DNA of 64,000 bases from Chrysomallon squamiferum (Eukaryota > Animalia > Mollusca). The stretch covers positions 4,836,001 to 4,900,000 of the forward strand of contig CM022669.1 of the NCBI GenBank assembly GCA_012295275.1, given 5' to 3'. Shown in pieces: positions 1 to 14,145 of the stretch (its first letter is position 1; each line of letters opens with the position of its first letter). The position numbers and the translations under genes are program-made. The notes beneath the pieces are model-generated. The model was not told the origin of the DNA. It did not search any database and saw only the letters and a list, made by a program, of their open reading frames with translations.

Positions 1-872
1 TCTGAATTAACTGTTTATAAATAAGGCCCATTAGTAGGCTAAGAAATAATTTAATTAAAATTAATAAAACTATCTAAATAACTAAATACTCTTTACTCTT
101 TTATTTAATAACAATTCATGGTTTGTGTTGTCTTGTGGGAAAGTGCATTTCAAATTATCCATAGCAACAGTATAATAATGATTATCTATAAGTCTACTAA
201 CATCAATCAATAAATTATAATAATTAATGGGCCAAGAAAGGCCAACCAGAACCACATTTAGTTAAGAAAAAAAAAAAAATAAGAAAAAATTAAAACTAAA
301 CTAATATTCACAGTACACCATAAAGAGAATTGTGAAACAGGTAAAGAAATGTAAAATATTTTAATAATAAACAAGACTCACAATATTTTACATTTTTATT
401 TATTTTTTATCTGAAACATATTTATTTCCTTCTTCCTCAGCTGTAGACTTTTAGGCTTAATTTAATTTTAAAAAAGGGTAAAAACAAAATTAATAAAAAA
501 TATAAAAATAAAAATTAACAATACTTTTTTTTTAAATTATTGTAAATATAATTAATAAAATCTTTTACCCTCCTGGTGTTTTTATATTATTATTATTATT
601 ATTTTCATCATAATATGTTATTATCAGTATAATTATTATTACTGTTATGAATCTTATTATCATTATTATTATTAATTAATTAATTAATAAAAAAAAATCT
701 ATACCAGTTCTTGTTCGAACTGAAACTTACACTCTAATACATAAACCGTTTACAATTTAATCAGACAACCTGATGTTCACATTCATATTTTTTGTTTCAC
801 TGTGTTTAACAGCCTGAGTCTTGTTCTACAGATTCTAGCACACTACAGAAAACACAAAACAGTCGTACTAAC

Positions 873-996
873 CATATGGAAGTTCGAAGCGTGCATCTAT
901 GAGAATTTTATGACCTGTCGGCAGTCGAGTCCCAATTATCTCCCCATTCTGGACAATCAGCTCACTCTCCAGCATCAACCAGCGACCTTCACCTTC
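873..996 (-). CDS. unc-13: unc-13 coding exon 5 (124 nt: EGEGRWLMLESELIVQNGEIIGTRLPTGHKILIDARFELPY)
   Basis: gtttcag|GAAGGT...CCATATG|gttagt. Matches Munc13-1 EGPGEWLTLD...GTKDPTFHRILLDTRFELP; phase 0-1. Confidence 0.96.
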
Positions 997-1140
997 CTGA
1001 AACATTTTAATTTAAACAACCTTGACATTCTGAAAATAGCTAATTAAACTATGACCTTCACCGTGACACATATGAATTCAAATTAAGTGACTTTCACCTT
1101 CCTGAAATAACTCGATATTTAAATTAAGTGACCTTCACCT
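984..1140 (-). repeat. Short local duplications of the exon 5 acceptor/junction motif
   Basis: GACCTTCACC-like motif at about 984, 1054, 1089 and 1130. The copy at 1089-1107 reproduces TTTCAG|GAAGGTGAA on the minus strand. Confidence 0.8.
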
Positions 1141-2188
1141 TTTTTTTTTTTTTTTTTTAAATAGTTGCAAAAATATTAAAAATATAAAAAAAGTTAAAAA
1201 AAGCAAATAAAAATAAATAAAATTACTTCAAGCATTTTAAAACTACCATTCTTTATGTTTCTGCAAAATATAATCTAGACAGTAGATAAAAAAAATATAA
1301 ATAAATAAACAAATTATTTAAAAAAAAAAAAAAAAAAAAAAAATTAAATTTCTTTTTTAAATAACAGAACTCAATCAGTGGACATAAATCATACAAAAAG
1401 CTAATTATATTCTGCAGACAAAAAAATGTATCATCAGTCCTCACTGACAAAAACCAGAAGGTGTGGTGAGGACAAACATTTTAATATACTTCATCTGCTA
1501 CCATCGCATACTGTTTAGCATTTATCAAGAGACCAACATTTGCTAATGACAGAGATGAAAAACAATGAAGTTTTTCTGTCCCACTGGCAGGAACACAGCT
1601 AATAAATATTGAAAATAATATATTTCTTTTTGCCCTTATGTCAGTGCTTATTTTCTTTTCTCCCACAGGAACGTGTATCATATATAAACATGCAAATGAA
1701 ATCTTGGTAAGCTGGTGCATTTGGCAAATTTGTTAATAAATAATTTCTGCTTGTTTACATTCATTACCAGTGAAATGAATTATTGCCAAAGTAGTGAAGA
1801 AGCTGGCATCAACCATATTTCTTAAAAGATTTGTTATATTGGGTTTTCACAATACTGTGCTACTTTGTTATTAGGAAAGACTGGCCACCAGCAATAATTA
1901 AAACATGGAAGCATGCAAAATACATTCAGTTACTTCACTGTGCTATTACTACAGATACACTTTAGACATAAATGTATTTAGCAGTCTGTATAAATGAAAA
2001 ATATTAAATACTAAATCATCAAATATGTAAAATAATTTAAAAGTTAAAACCTTATGCTAAAGAAAAGTAAATAAATATATAAAAATTTACAAACAAACAA
2101 AAATAATAAATAAAAAGATTTTAAATCTTTTTTTCTAGCTTCCACATTTATTAATAAAGTGTATGGTGAAACGATCATATAAAGATAC

Positions 2189-2306
2189 CTGGTTGGAATG
2201 GTGTATTTTGGTCAGTGGTAGCCAGTGGAGACCAAGCAGTTTGTCCCACAACATTCCTTTGTTCCAGACCTCAATGATCAGACCAGTGTCCAGTCTCATT
2301 GTCTCA
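2189..2306 (-). CDS. unc-13: unc-13 coding exon 4 (118 nt: ETMRLDTGLIIEVWNKGMLWDKLLGLHWLPLTKIHHSNQ)
   Basis: atcacag|TGAGACA...AACCAG|gtatct. Contained in ORF 2135..2335; EVWNKG-x-x-WD motif of Munc13 C2A; phase 2-0. Confidence 0.97.
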
Positions 2307-2682
2307 CTGTGATAAAAATAAAAATAATTACACACTTACAACAGTAAATACAAATATTCAAAAATTATCTAACAGTAAAATTATTAAAAAAAAAAAAAAA
2401 ATTACAATTTAAAATTTGTTCCTTGAAAATTTATTTAAAAAAAAATGATTATTAAATATCAAATCATGTTTTACATGTTATGAAAATTATTAGCAAATAT
2501 ACAATACAAAAATGACTTGTTATATCTTACAAAATAGAATAAATGCAATAGAATTATTTAAGGAACACTGTGTGGATTGGGACATTGACAGTTAGAAGCA
2601 CTGAGAAGGACTGATCCTAAAAGAACAGATTCTTAGGAAAACAGCAGAACTACAGCTGCTGTATCCCCAGTATTCACTATTT

Positions 2683-2685
<3 letters not shown>

Positions 2686-2759
<74 letters not shown>

Positions 2760-2763
2760 GACA

Positions 2764-2840
<77 letters not shown>

Positions 2841-3026
2841 ACACAGAGACATACACATACACACACAGACACACACACACACACAGACACACACACACAC
2901 ACACACACAGAGAAACACAGACACACACACACACAGACACACACACACACACACAGAGACATACACACACACACACACACACAGAAACACACACAGACAC
3001 ACACACACACACAGACACACACAGAG

Positions 3027-3069
<43 letters not shown>

Positions 3070-3118
3070 AAACACACACACACACACACAGACAAACACA
3101 CACACACACACACACACA
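2686..3118. repeat. Long interrupted (CA)n microsatellite; (UG)n in the pre-mRNA
   Basis: Direct reading. Confidence 0.98.
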
Positions 3119-3869
3119 TACTTATATATAGTTATTAAAATTACAGAAAAGACCTTTGAAAATGACATACAAAAACAAGCACAATTTATTTTCAGTATTT
3201 GTTTTGTTATTTCAATGAATGGGGAATAAGTAGGAGATAAATAAGAAACATTCAAATGAAAAAATAAATTAATAAACAAGTTATTAAAAATAAACAGTTT
3301 TGTAAAATTTTATGCAAATTTCAAACAGCATGTTTACAATATTTCAACGCACTGATTTAACACAAAGTAACACAACATTGTTTTTCACAAATTCGGACCC
3401 GTAATTCCTTTTATTGCTCACTTCCAAATCACCTCTGTACCAGTCTGTGGCAGTCACTCACACTGAATCAAACCCATCCCCAGGGCTAAACACAGGGGGG
3501 AAGAGGTCTGAGACTTTGAGACGAATCTCTGGTTCAACTATTACCAGTCAATCAGTGCTGTGGGTTTCACTGGGGACTGGGTTTTGTGGGTAAATATGAA
3601 TTATTCTGGAATTAGATTCAGGTAATGACCACTTGCTAATCCCAGATGGATGGCTGTGTAATCCAATGAAGTGTAACTCGAGTGCGTTCAACCGTGGGTA
3701 ATGACCACTGATGACGTACTGGTCATTTCCACAGAGACTGATCATAGTCCAGTGGACACAATTCTTGAAAGATTTCTCAAAACCAGAACCTTTCTCCTGC
3801 ACTGTAAAGCCTAATTCCAAGTTGCCTGACAATACACTCTATTTCTAATATATAAATTATATATATATA

Positions 3870-3916
<47 letters not shown>

Positions 3917-4878
3917 ATGCATGTGTGTGTGTGGTGTTTAAATGAATTTGAATTTATAAAATCTTATACTGCACTGTAGCAGATACAAAACAGAAAAGAA
4001 ATATCGAACATCTTGATGATGAAGGAACATTTCTGATACCTATGGATCACTGTCTATTTTTTAAGACATATATTTTTAAAAATAATTCTGATATCAGTTT
4101 TGTATTTTTGTAACTTTCGTATCATACAAAAACATTTTCTGCCCTTTTCATCATAAATAATATTGATACAATGAACTATCTTTTTGATAGCTTTGTGTTC
4201 ATTTCAAATAGTAATAAATATCATCATGAATAATAACAGTTCTTTACACAAACTGTACTTTACACAAACTGTAATTTTAACACAAAAATTTGTAATAAGC
4301 AGACATATTGTTGGATATTAAATATACTATACAGTATGGAAAACAATTGTTAAAGTTAAAAAAAAAAAAAAGTTAAAAAAGAAAGGAATTTAATGAACAT
4401 ATCTTGTTTTTCAATTTAAAAAAATTTCTTCTTAATTAAATATATTAACATTCTAGTTCTGGATATCAACTGTATTGAAAATTTAAGACTGCAAAAAAAA
4501 AAAAAAAAAAAAAAATTACAAATTTCTAACGTTTAAGTCTCACAATACGTTAAAAGACTGAGTCTATGGATACTTTTTTTAAGGAAACTGAAATATATTA
4601 TAAATCTTCAGTTGTATGGTGTCACAGAAATGATGAACAAATGATGAGAAAAGAAACCTAATCTCATTATACAATGTATGCTTCATTCTGATTACCAGCA
4701 ACAGATATTTTGCATGCACAGTCCAATAAGCAAGACACATTATTCCAGCTATGGAACACTGTCTGGAATGGGGAAAAAACCAAAAAGGAGACGAAACTGG
4801 ATGTTATTATGTGAAATTCAGTTCACAGTTCTGCACAGATGAATTTCAGTTTTGTTTTGTTTTGTTTATTTGTTGCAT

Positions 4879-4909
<31 letters not shown>

Positions 4910-5139
4910 CTTTGGTTTAATGGTTTTTGGTTTTTGTTTTCTTTTTAATAAGTTTTAATTTTTAATAAACAACAGCACACTGCCGAGCAGAATAAAATTT
5001 GATATCTTCTTTGCGAGTCTCTATCCTACAGAGAATAAATACAGGAATTTATTATTTTTTAAATATATATTTATTATTCCAGACATTACTGTTGTTTTTT
5101 CTGTCCTTGGAGACAAGTCTCGTCTGAGCAATTCATCAT

Positions 5140-5345
5140 GCTGTAGCTTAGAGCTTAGAGTGCACATTTGAGATATACAAGGTCACAGGATCAATTCTGC
5201 TAAGTGCCCCATTGGGGTATTTTCCCATTTCACAACTAGTTTATCAAAGGCAGTTTTCTGACCGTATGAAATAAGATGGATGTAAGAATCATCTTTGTTA
5301 CTAATTGGCTAAAGCAGCTTGGGTGATGTCGACCTCTTTCTAATG
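5140..5345 (+). mobile_element. Degenerate tRNA-derived SINE (MetaSINE-like) relic
   Basis: A-box-like TAGCTTAGAG and B-box-like GGATCAATTC, followed by CCCATTGGGGTATTTTC...ATCAAAGGC. Shares blocks with the copy at 22290; resemblance to molluscan MetaSINEs is from memory. Confidence 0.55.
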
Positions 5346-6360
5346 CTATCATTACACTGAAAGAAGAAATCTAATGACAATAAAAAAAAAAAAATTATTA
5401 TTATTATTATTTTATTATTATTTTATTATTGATTATTGATTAGCAAAAACTAACTGGGAAACAATATTTTAAACAAACTTATTTTTTGATATTTTCTTCT
5501 CTTTTCTTTTCTTCTTTCTTTCTTTTAATTTTTGTTATTTTTAAATTTATTTATTTGTTTTAATTTTGATATGAATTTAAGTGTACCATATTTCATTTGT
5601 ATATTATTCAGTACATATTGCTCAATATCATTGATAATTAAAAAAGAAAAAAATTTATAAATTTGTATCAGTTTATAATTTTACATTATAATGGTTTCAT
5701 GTTAATTAAAGATATTCTTCTGTTATGTATTTGACAAATTTAAAATAATATTCAGACTGCTGTATGAAACAACTACAGGCAAAACTGAAAAACAGATAAA
5801 GTATATATATATATATATATAACAACCAAGAATAGAAATAAAGTTTCAGAAAATGTAATTTAAAAATAATTCTAATAATAACATTTGAAAAAATATAAAT
5901 TCAAATGAAATCCCTCCAAAAAGTCAACAAAACAAAACTTAATAAAATAAAAACAAAAAAAGATTAAGAAAAAACAAAAAATAACAATAATAATAGTAAT
6001 AATATTAATAATAATAAAAAAAAAAATTAAAATAATAAGTAAGAAGATAAATGTAAAAAAAGAAAAAAATTAAAATTGAGGAATTCTAATTTAAAATTTT
6101 TTTATGTTTAATGATTTTTAAAATGGAAAAAATCCAAAATTAAATAAAAAAAAAAAACAAAAAATGTATATAAAATCAAAAATCAAATCAGTATAATAAA
6201 AGAAAACATGTAATTTAAAATTTATTCTAATAATTATATTTAAAAAAATAAAAATTAAATAAAAACCAACAAAACAAAACTAAATAAAATAAAAACAAAA
6301 ACAATTAAGTAAAAATAAAAACAAATAATAATAAAAGAAATACTACTACTACTAATAATA

Positions 6361-6423
<63 letters not shown>

Positions 6424-8110
6424 TAAAAATAATAATAATTAATAAATAAATATATAAAAAGAAAAGAAATTAAGATAGAGGAAAACAAATTGAGTAAAGT
6501 TTAAAATTTTAATGTTATTAAAGTTTATATCTCATTTCTTAGAACCAAACTACCCACAGTAAAATAAGAATAATAAGAATAATAATTAAAAATGTATACA
6601 AAATCAAATCAAATCAAATTAGTATAACAAAAGAAAAGAATATAAAATTTCAGCAAATGAATTAAAGGTAATAAACTGAAATCTAATACACACAATCCAA
6701 AAATTTCAAAAAATAACAAAAATAACAGAAAAAACAACTTACAATAATTAAGAAATCAATACATCTGAAAACAATAAACCAAAACACTTTCAAATAAACA
6801 ATCAAAAGACAATTTTTATTTTAAAAAAATAAAATAAAAAAGATAAATAACCAGGCATATAATAAATTAATTTAGCTTTATGGCTTTAGACTGGTACCAC
6901 AGATAGTATTTATAATGGCCTCACAAAAGCAATTGTTAGTTTTTCTCTTTATTACAATTTACTATGTCAAACTGTTAAAAAAGATAATTCATGGTTTATA
7001 GTCAGGATAGGAATAATCAATTTTATCAGAGAATATGCAGAAACTCTCATTATGCTGTAAGAAATATAACAATGCTTTGAAAGTAACAGTAATGATGGTT
7101 GAATAAAAACTAATCTGGGTTTTTTGCTTTTACTTTTTTTTTTTCTCTTTTTGTTGTTTTTTAATGCAATAAATAAATAAAATAATTAACAAAGAATAAA
7201 AGGAGGAGAGGAAGAAATAAAAAAGTTAAAAATATATTTAAAAATGATAGAAAGGAAAAGAAATAAACAGAAAGAACAGAGAATAAAAGTAAGGAGAGAA
7301 TGACAAAAACAAAAACAAAAATGAATAAAGAAAATAATGAAACAAAGAAGAAAGAAACCAAAGAAAAAAGCAAAATGAAAACAAATATATATAATACAAA
7401 ATTTTATGAACAAAGAAATTAAAAAAATAAAAGTAAAAATAATAAAAAAAAAAACCATAGAAGAAGCAAAAATAAATAAAAACCATGAACTCTACCTCAC
7501 TGTTAGTGAATAAGAAAATTATTTTTTTCTATCTTAGTCTCTGATGGACTCTGACCTTTTATATATATTTTGTAACATACAGCTTTATTTGTTCTTCAAC
7601 AGGGTTGTCAGTAGTGTAATGTTATGTTGCTTTAATCATGACAATGAAAACCCAATGAATTAAACTGTGAACCAGTTAAACAAAAAAAAAACAACAATGA
7701 AAACCATTGAATTAAACTGTTAGCCAAACAACAAAACATCCAAATAACTGACCAGTCAACAAGAAAACCAAACAACAGATTACCTAACCAACATAAGCAG
7801 GCAGCCAATGAAATAAACAACCAATTTACCAACCAATCAATTAGACACTAACTACACAACCAATATACCAACCAATCAGGATACTAACTAAAAAAACAAA
7901 TTTCCAACCAACAAATTAGGATACTAACTAAAGCACCAATCAATAAAGCAAGCAGGCAGGCAACGAACTAAGAACCCATCAACCAGCTAATGAATCCATC
8001 ATTAAATAATGAAACCAAATAAAAACACAAAAACAGTGACTGATAAATGAGCTAACTAGTAAAATCTCAAACCAGCAAATCAATCACTGAGTTAACAATC
8101 CAAAAGGCCT

Positions 8111-8186
8111 AACCTAACAATCCACCAAAACCTAGACTATGGACTAACCTAACAATCCACCAAAACCTAGACTATGGACTAACCTA
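8111..8186. repeat. 35-bp perfect tandem duplication
   Basis: AACCTAACAATCCACCAAAACCTAGACTATGGACT x2. Confidence 0.9.
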
Positions 8187-8317
8187 TCAACAACTAGTCA
8201 ATGAACTAACCTAACCATCCACCAGACACAACCAGCTAATTTATAAAATACACAAACAACAACGTGCCCTACATTCCACCAACTTCACTAAAACATACAA
8301 AAACATCACACATACCT

Positions 8318-8356
<39 letters not shown>

Positions 8357-8409
8357 CATTAACTAAATATTCATCAAACACTCTGCACTAAATATAACTA
8401 CACTAAGTT

Positions 8410-8482
8410 TCCCCGAGCCAGTATTGATCCAGGGATCTATCACACCTCAAGGCAACACCGTCTTGTGCACACCTAGCGTCCA
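8410..8482 (-). mobile_element. Possible tRNA-like SINE head remnant
   Basis: Minus strand ...GATCCCTGGATCAATACTGGCTCGGGG resembles a decayed tRNA T-arm/B-box; no intact cloverleaf. Confidence 0.3.
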
Positions 8483-8929
8483 GTCTTCAAGTAGCAGATG
8501 TGTGTAATTGGCCCAGAAACTGGAAGCTCAATTGGTGGCTGGCTAAATGGTCACTGATATTTGTCTATTGATCCAGTCTCTCTTATTTACAGAAAGAAAC
8601 TCTTGGTAATCATGGCTGGTCAAAGGTTTGCTCAGTCACTGATAGCAGGAAGAGAGTGGGCTATTATTTTTGTACTTTTTCTGTCTCATGGAAATCACAT
8701 CTATGCATGCTGAGTGCTATACTGGTAGTAGACCACAGCACCACAGTGTTATATAACTCAGGCAGACATTTTACTCGCAGTGTACCATTGTACTCACAGC
8801 AGACCATTTGCAGCAGAGTATTACATAAATAAAGCAGTCATTATGCTCACAGCAAAGCATAGAACATTGCATTACTGACTTTCTACTCATAGTAGATCAT
8901 TGTACTCACTGCTGAATTTTATACAAATA

Positions 8930-9048
8930 AGACATTTATACATGCAGCAGAGCATTACATAACATTATATAACAAAGGTAGACATCATAGACATTTATAC
9001 TTGCAGCAGAGCATTACATAACATTATATAACAAAGGTAGACATCACA
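8930..9048. repeat. 59-bp tandem duplication within an older decayed array (about 8730-9080)
   Basis: AGACATTTATACWTGCAGCAGAGCATTACATAACATTATATAACAAAGGTAGACATCA x2. Confidence 0.88.
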
Positions 9049-9710
9049 CTCATAGCAGACCATTATATCTGCAGTAGAGCATTGTGTATTTTGGGGCAAT
9101 GTCAACCAAGGCAGATATGTTTTATGTTTATGTAACTTTATTCCTTGGTAATCAAAGTGAAAGATCTTTTTTTTTTTTTTTTTTGATTCCTTTTGCAAAC
9201 ATTGTAAGACTCAGCTGAGAGAGAAAGTAAAAAAAAAAGTTATTACATTAAATGAATTTAAGAAAAAAGAACTGCTTAGTGAAAAGTCAATGTGTTCTTT
9301 TTGCTGAATAATGTAAATTTGTTCTTTGAAATTTCAGTGAAAAATAATAAAATTAACAGAGAGAGAGAGAAAAAAATGTCTGAAATGTGGTTTCTCCTTG
9401 ACAACTGATGACTTGTTTGAAGAAAAATAAGGTGAAAAAAAGAAAAAAAAAGGAAAGAAAAAAGATAAGATGGAAAAGGAAAAGGAGAAGGATATTGCTG
9501 TAAAGAGTGAAATATGTTTTATCAGTTAAAAGAAAATGGGTCACCAAAAAAAATAAGTGAAAAAAGCAGTAAGAGATAAAAAGCATTAAGAAAAAAGTGA
9601 CTAAGAAATTTAATAAAATAGATTTTAAACTGCAAAAAAAAAAAATAATAATAATAATAGAGATCAGAAAAAAAAATATGTAAGAAATAATAATAATAAT
9701 AATAATAATA

Positions 9711-9761
<51 letters not shown>

Positions 9762-11578
9762 GTAATAAAAATAAAATAAAATAAAAAGCTACAAAATTAT
9801 ATCAATAAAACTATATATATTGCTATTCTCCATGCTACAAATGGTTGTTAATGGAAATATAAAGGTCCCTTAAGCATTATATATTGCTTATTCACTACAA
9901 ACAACCATCATTTGGCAGGATAACTGGATTTTTGTCCCCTTGCTATTTCATCATCAAAAAAAAGAACAGAAAATGATGTTTTAAATTTGGAAAAGAAATA
10001 AATGTATGAGAATCAATACATGAGACATAATGAAATAGAAACTTACTTGTTCAGCAAATTGTTAGTCTTGTTTATTTTTCTAATTTAAAATGCTGAAATT
10101 GGTTTTGTTTGACAACAATTCTAGGCTGTGTCAGTTGTCTTTTATCAGTGGTATCAAGCAAATGGTAGTTTTGATTAAACGCACATACAAGACAACACAA
10201 ATAAAGATGTAATCAGATATATACACATTCCTTATGTGCTGAGTAACACACACACACCATTAACATACATCATCATTCTTTCTTCCTCTGTTTTTCCTTT
10301 TTTCTTTCTTTCTCTCACTTTTATTTTTCTGTTTCTCATTTTCTCTTCTCTCTTTCTCCCCCTCTTTTCTCTTTTTCTATCCTTTTTTCCTTTCTCTTTT
10401 CTTCCCTTCGTTTTCTTCTCTTTTTCTGTCTTTCCTCTCTCTATCTCCCTTTTTCTGCATTTCATTTTTTTCTTTTCATCTCACTCACTCTCTCACTCTC
10501 TCTCTCTCGCTCTCACTCTCTCACTCTCTCACTCTCTCTCTCTCTCTCTCCTTTCTCTGCCTGCTTGACAAATCCCAAAATGCCAAGTTTTAAATTGAAA
10601 AAATAAAAATAAAAAATAAAAAATAAAAAAAATAATCTGAACGCTGGTCAGTTTGTGGATGGAATGAATGTTAGCAGCATATGTGAACATGTAATTGAAT
10701 GAGGAAATCATTCGCACCAGCTGATCTGCCTGGCATGCATTTAGCATTCAGCAGTAATGAACACATCTCCGATGTCATTTCAGTTCACCATCTTCATCAT
10801 CAAACAGATGAAACCCATTTGCAAAGTGAAATTACAACGACTGTTTTTACCGAGCTTTCCTTTTGCCATTTAGATAATGTTCTTTTTCCTTTTATGTATT
10901 TTTCTGTCAGTATGCGTTTGTGTGTGTTTATGTGTATGTATGTATGTTTGCATATATCTGCATATATCTGCATGTGTATGTATGTCTGTACAGATAGATA
11001 TATGTTAGTATAGATGTATGCATGTATTTATTAATGCATATGCACAGGTATGACAAATTGTTTATGTATATTAACATGCATATTTGTATGTAAGCATGTT
11101 AGTTTGTCAGTGAACGTTACTATATTAGTATTTTTATGATTTTACTCATCACCTAACCTAATATAAAATTACTGCATTAAGATTACTTTTAATATACATA
11201 CAAACATCACATTTATTTAATAAAATCAGCTATTATTACACAGTTATTTTGTTATTGTAATTACAACATTCCCACACTATATACAATATTATTTAAACTA
11301 GATTAAATTATATGTCATTAACTTATTTTCCACCCTTTTACTGTTCACTTCTTGCTTTCTATTTTCTTTCTGACTGTTGTTTTTTCTTCCTCTAATGTCA
11401 AAAGTAAGCTATTTTCTTGTTGAAATCAATTTAAGTTTGAAGTAATCTCCCTTGGGTATACAATTCAGGTAATGGGTTTGTGGAACTGAGCTGCTTAATG
11501 TGTTTGTGAAGATGTATTTTAACTGTTAACTACTTGTAACATTAATAAATATACATCAAATAATAATAATAATAATAA

Positions 11579-11621
<43 letters not shown>

Positions 11622-12680
11622 TATATATATATATATATATAGGCAGAGAGAGAAAAAAAAAGAAAGTAAATATGCATTTATTTGTTACTGAATATGGATA
11701 CTGATGTTTTTTATGTGTGTTTGGGGTTTTTTGTTTAAAACTGCAAATCATATCAAATGAACACATAACTTGATGCAAATAAAAAATAAAATAAAAATGG
11801 TGAATTATCACAAGAAAATAACACATAAATTCACTTCAGAATTTATTCTGAAAAATGACAAACAGTTTTAAATTTTTGTTATAATATCATATTATTTGAA
11901 TATAAAGATATTCAATTATCAATCCACAGTATGCTTGCATGCCAGAACTGCTAGGAAATGAATTTATTTCAAATAAAAATCTGAATGTTAAATAGAGTCA
12001 TTTGACTAGTTTTTTTTTGTATTGGGTCACAGATACAGGCCTTGTCAGCTGAACATGTACTGTTGTCATAGCAACATTAGGAAAACTTGCAGAAAGAATC
12101 TGTGGATATGTGTTATTATTGTTATTAGTTTTGAATATGAGTGTTAAAAAATAAAGATCGTAGAAAAAAAACATAAGAAAATCTTCTGACAGAATTTCTA
12201 TTACTTACCTATTTATTAACCCAGCAAAGAGAATTTTAATAACTTTTGTTTACTTTCTAAGCACAGAAGCTGTATATTTACTTCATCTTGCAAATCAAAG
12301 GCTAAGGTATCAATAGTGTTGTTCATTTTCAGACCATATAATTGAAAATAAAAGCCAGGTAATTATCTTGGACAGGTAATTAATCCAGGTAAAAATTCCA
12401 TACCTTGATTCCAGAGATTAAAGAAAATATATTTTTGTAATTCAGAGTCTAATACCTATGTCTGATTGATGTAAAAACAAAACAAAACAAAACAAAAAAT
12501 ATATATATTTAAGATGTAGAATCTTACACACCTTTAATTAATTAATTCAGGTGTTCTTATATATGATATATAACAGATATAAACAATGAAAATTTCACGT
12601 ATCTTTGAAAAAAACGTATTTTGACATTGTCCTAGGTTTTGGTAATTCTGGTAAAGTATAATTATCTCAATTGTCACAGG

Positions 12681-12765
12681 AACTGTACATGTAATATAAA
12701 AGTATGAATATGAACACAGAACTGTACATGTAATATAACAGTATGAATATGAACACAGAACTGTA
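12681..12765. repeat. 39-bp tandem duplication
   Basis: AACTGTACATGTAATATAAMAGTATGAATATGAACACAG x2. Confidence 0.9.
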
Positions 12766-12868
12766 ACAAACACAAAAGAAGGAGAAAAACAATTGTATAA
12801 AAAAAATCTTTAAAAATTAAATGTATTTCTCTATGATGTGTAATGTTTTGAATCATTAATTTTTTATT

Positions 12869-12947
<79 letters not shown>

Positions 12948-13374
12948 TTATTTTTTTATTTATTTTTTATTTTTAATGTTTCAAAAAAATTTTTGTGTTT
13001 ATTGAAATAGATATGGTACAGATAAATATTTAAATAAAAGTCAAGTGTTTTACCTTAAACATCATTAACTAACAAATATATAAATACAAAAATCAAAAAA
13101 TTAAAAAACAAGTTCTAAAAATTTTATTCTTATTTTCTGTTTATCCTATTACATATTAATCCAACATTATTGGATTTATTAATACGTTCACGTTTAGAAA
13201 CTGTTATGTAAATGTTTTGCTCATTTTTCTCACGTATCTAAAATCAAGAAAGATAAAAACAAAGTCAACAAAAGCAAGTCTGTTGTGTCAATAACATAAA
13301 ACAAACCCAGCCTTTGTTTCACATGAACAGCTGACAAACAGATATACTGCCTAATGTCATCAAGGTATAACTGA

Positions 13375-13625
13375 CGTATTTGTGTCAACATTTATAAAGA
13401 TATATAGTGGATATATCTGTGTTGACATTCACAAGAGTATACAGTAGATATATTTGTGTCCACATTTATAAAGATATGTAGTGGATATATCTCTGTTGAC
13501 ATTCACAAGAGTATACAGTAGATATATTTGTGTCGACATTTATAAAGATATCTGTTATGATAATTATAAAGATATACAGATTTCGCTGACATGTTCTGAT
13601 ATATTTGTGCTGACATTTATAAAGC
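13375..13625. repeat. ~74-bp tandem duplication with ~37-bp subunits
   Basis: TATTTGTGTCNACATTTATAAAGATAT...GTTGACATTCACAAGAGTATACAGTAGATA is repeated. Confidence 0.85.
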
Positions 13626-14106
13626 TATTCACTTTACATTTAAATTTATATACTAAACTAATATTTACACCTTAAATTTAGCTAACAGTTGACAGTTATA
13701 AATCTATACAGTGTATCATTATGAACAACTTTTAGGAACATTATAGTTATACAGATATAAATTTATAAACAGTTACCACTAAGTTTATGATTTTACAAAT
13801 ATACAGCTAACATCCATAAATGAGTACAGATGATATTTAAATAAATATTTTGCTATGATTAACACTAAAACTATTCAAAACTTTAGTGTGTACAGATCAT
13901 ATCAGTTTTCAGGAAATTTGATTATCATTTATAATAATAATTTGTTTACATTTGATATGAATTTTTTTCAATACATATGTCATGTATTAGATGTTATATA
14001 TCTCTCTCTACATTTGCAGAGTTATATCCAGGTATGCAGGTGGCAGTCAAGTATGTAATTACATTCATCCATTTTTTTAAAGTTTTTAGTATTATAATCA
14101 TAATAA

Positions 14107-14145
<39 letters not shown>

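Noticed and set aside
802-1047. Plus-strand 81-aa ORF
   Set aside because: It is the antisense shadow of unc-13 exon 5.
2633-3279. Long CV/HT-rich ORFs here and at 23248-23661, 37403-38605, 44507-47292 and elsewhere
   Set aside because: They are translations of (CA)n/(TG)n microsatellites, which lack stop codons; no coding signal.
5140-5215. tRNA gene (also at 8410-8482 and 22288-22335)
   Set aside because: Only degenerate A/B boxes with no cloverleaf; better explained as SINE heads.
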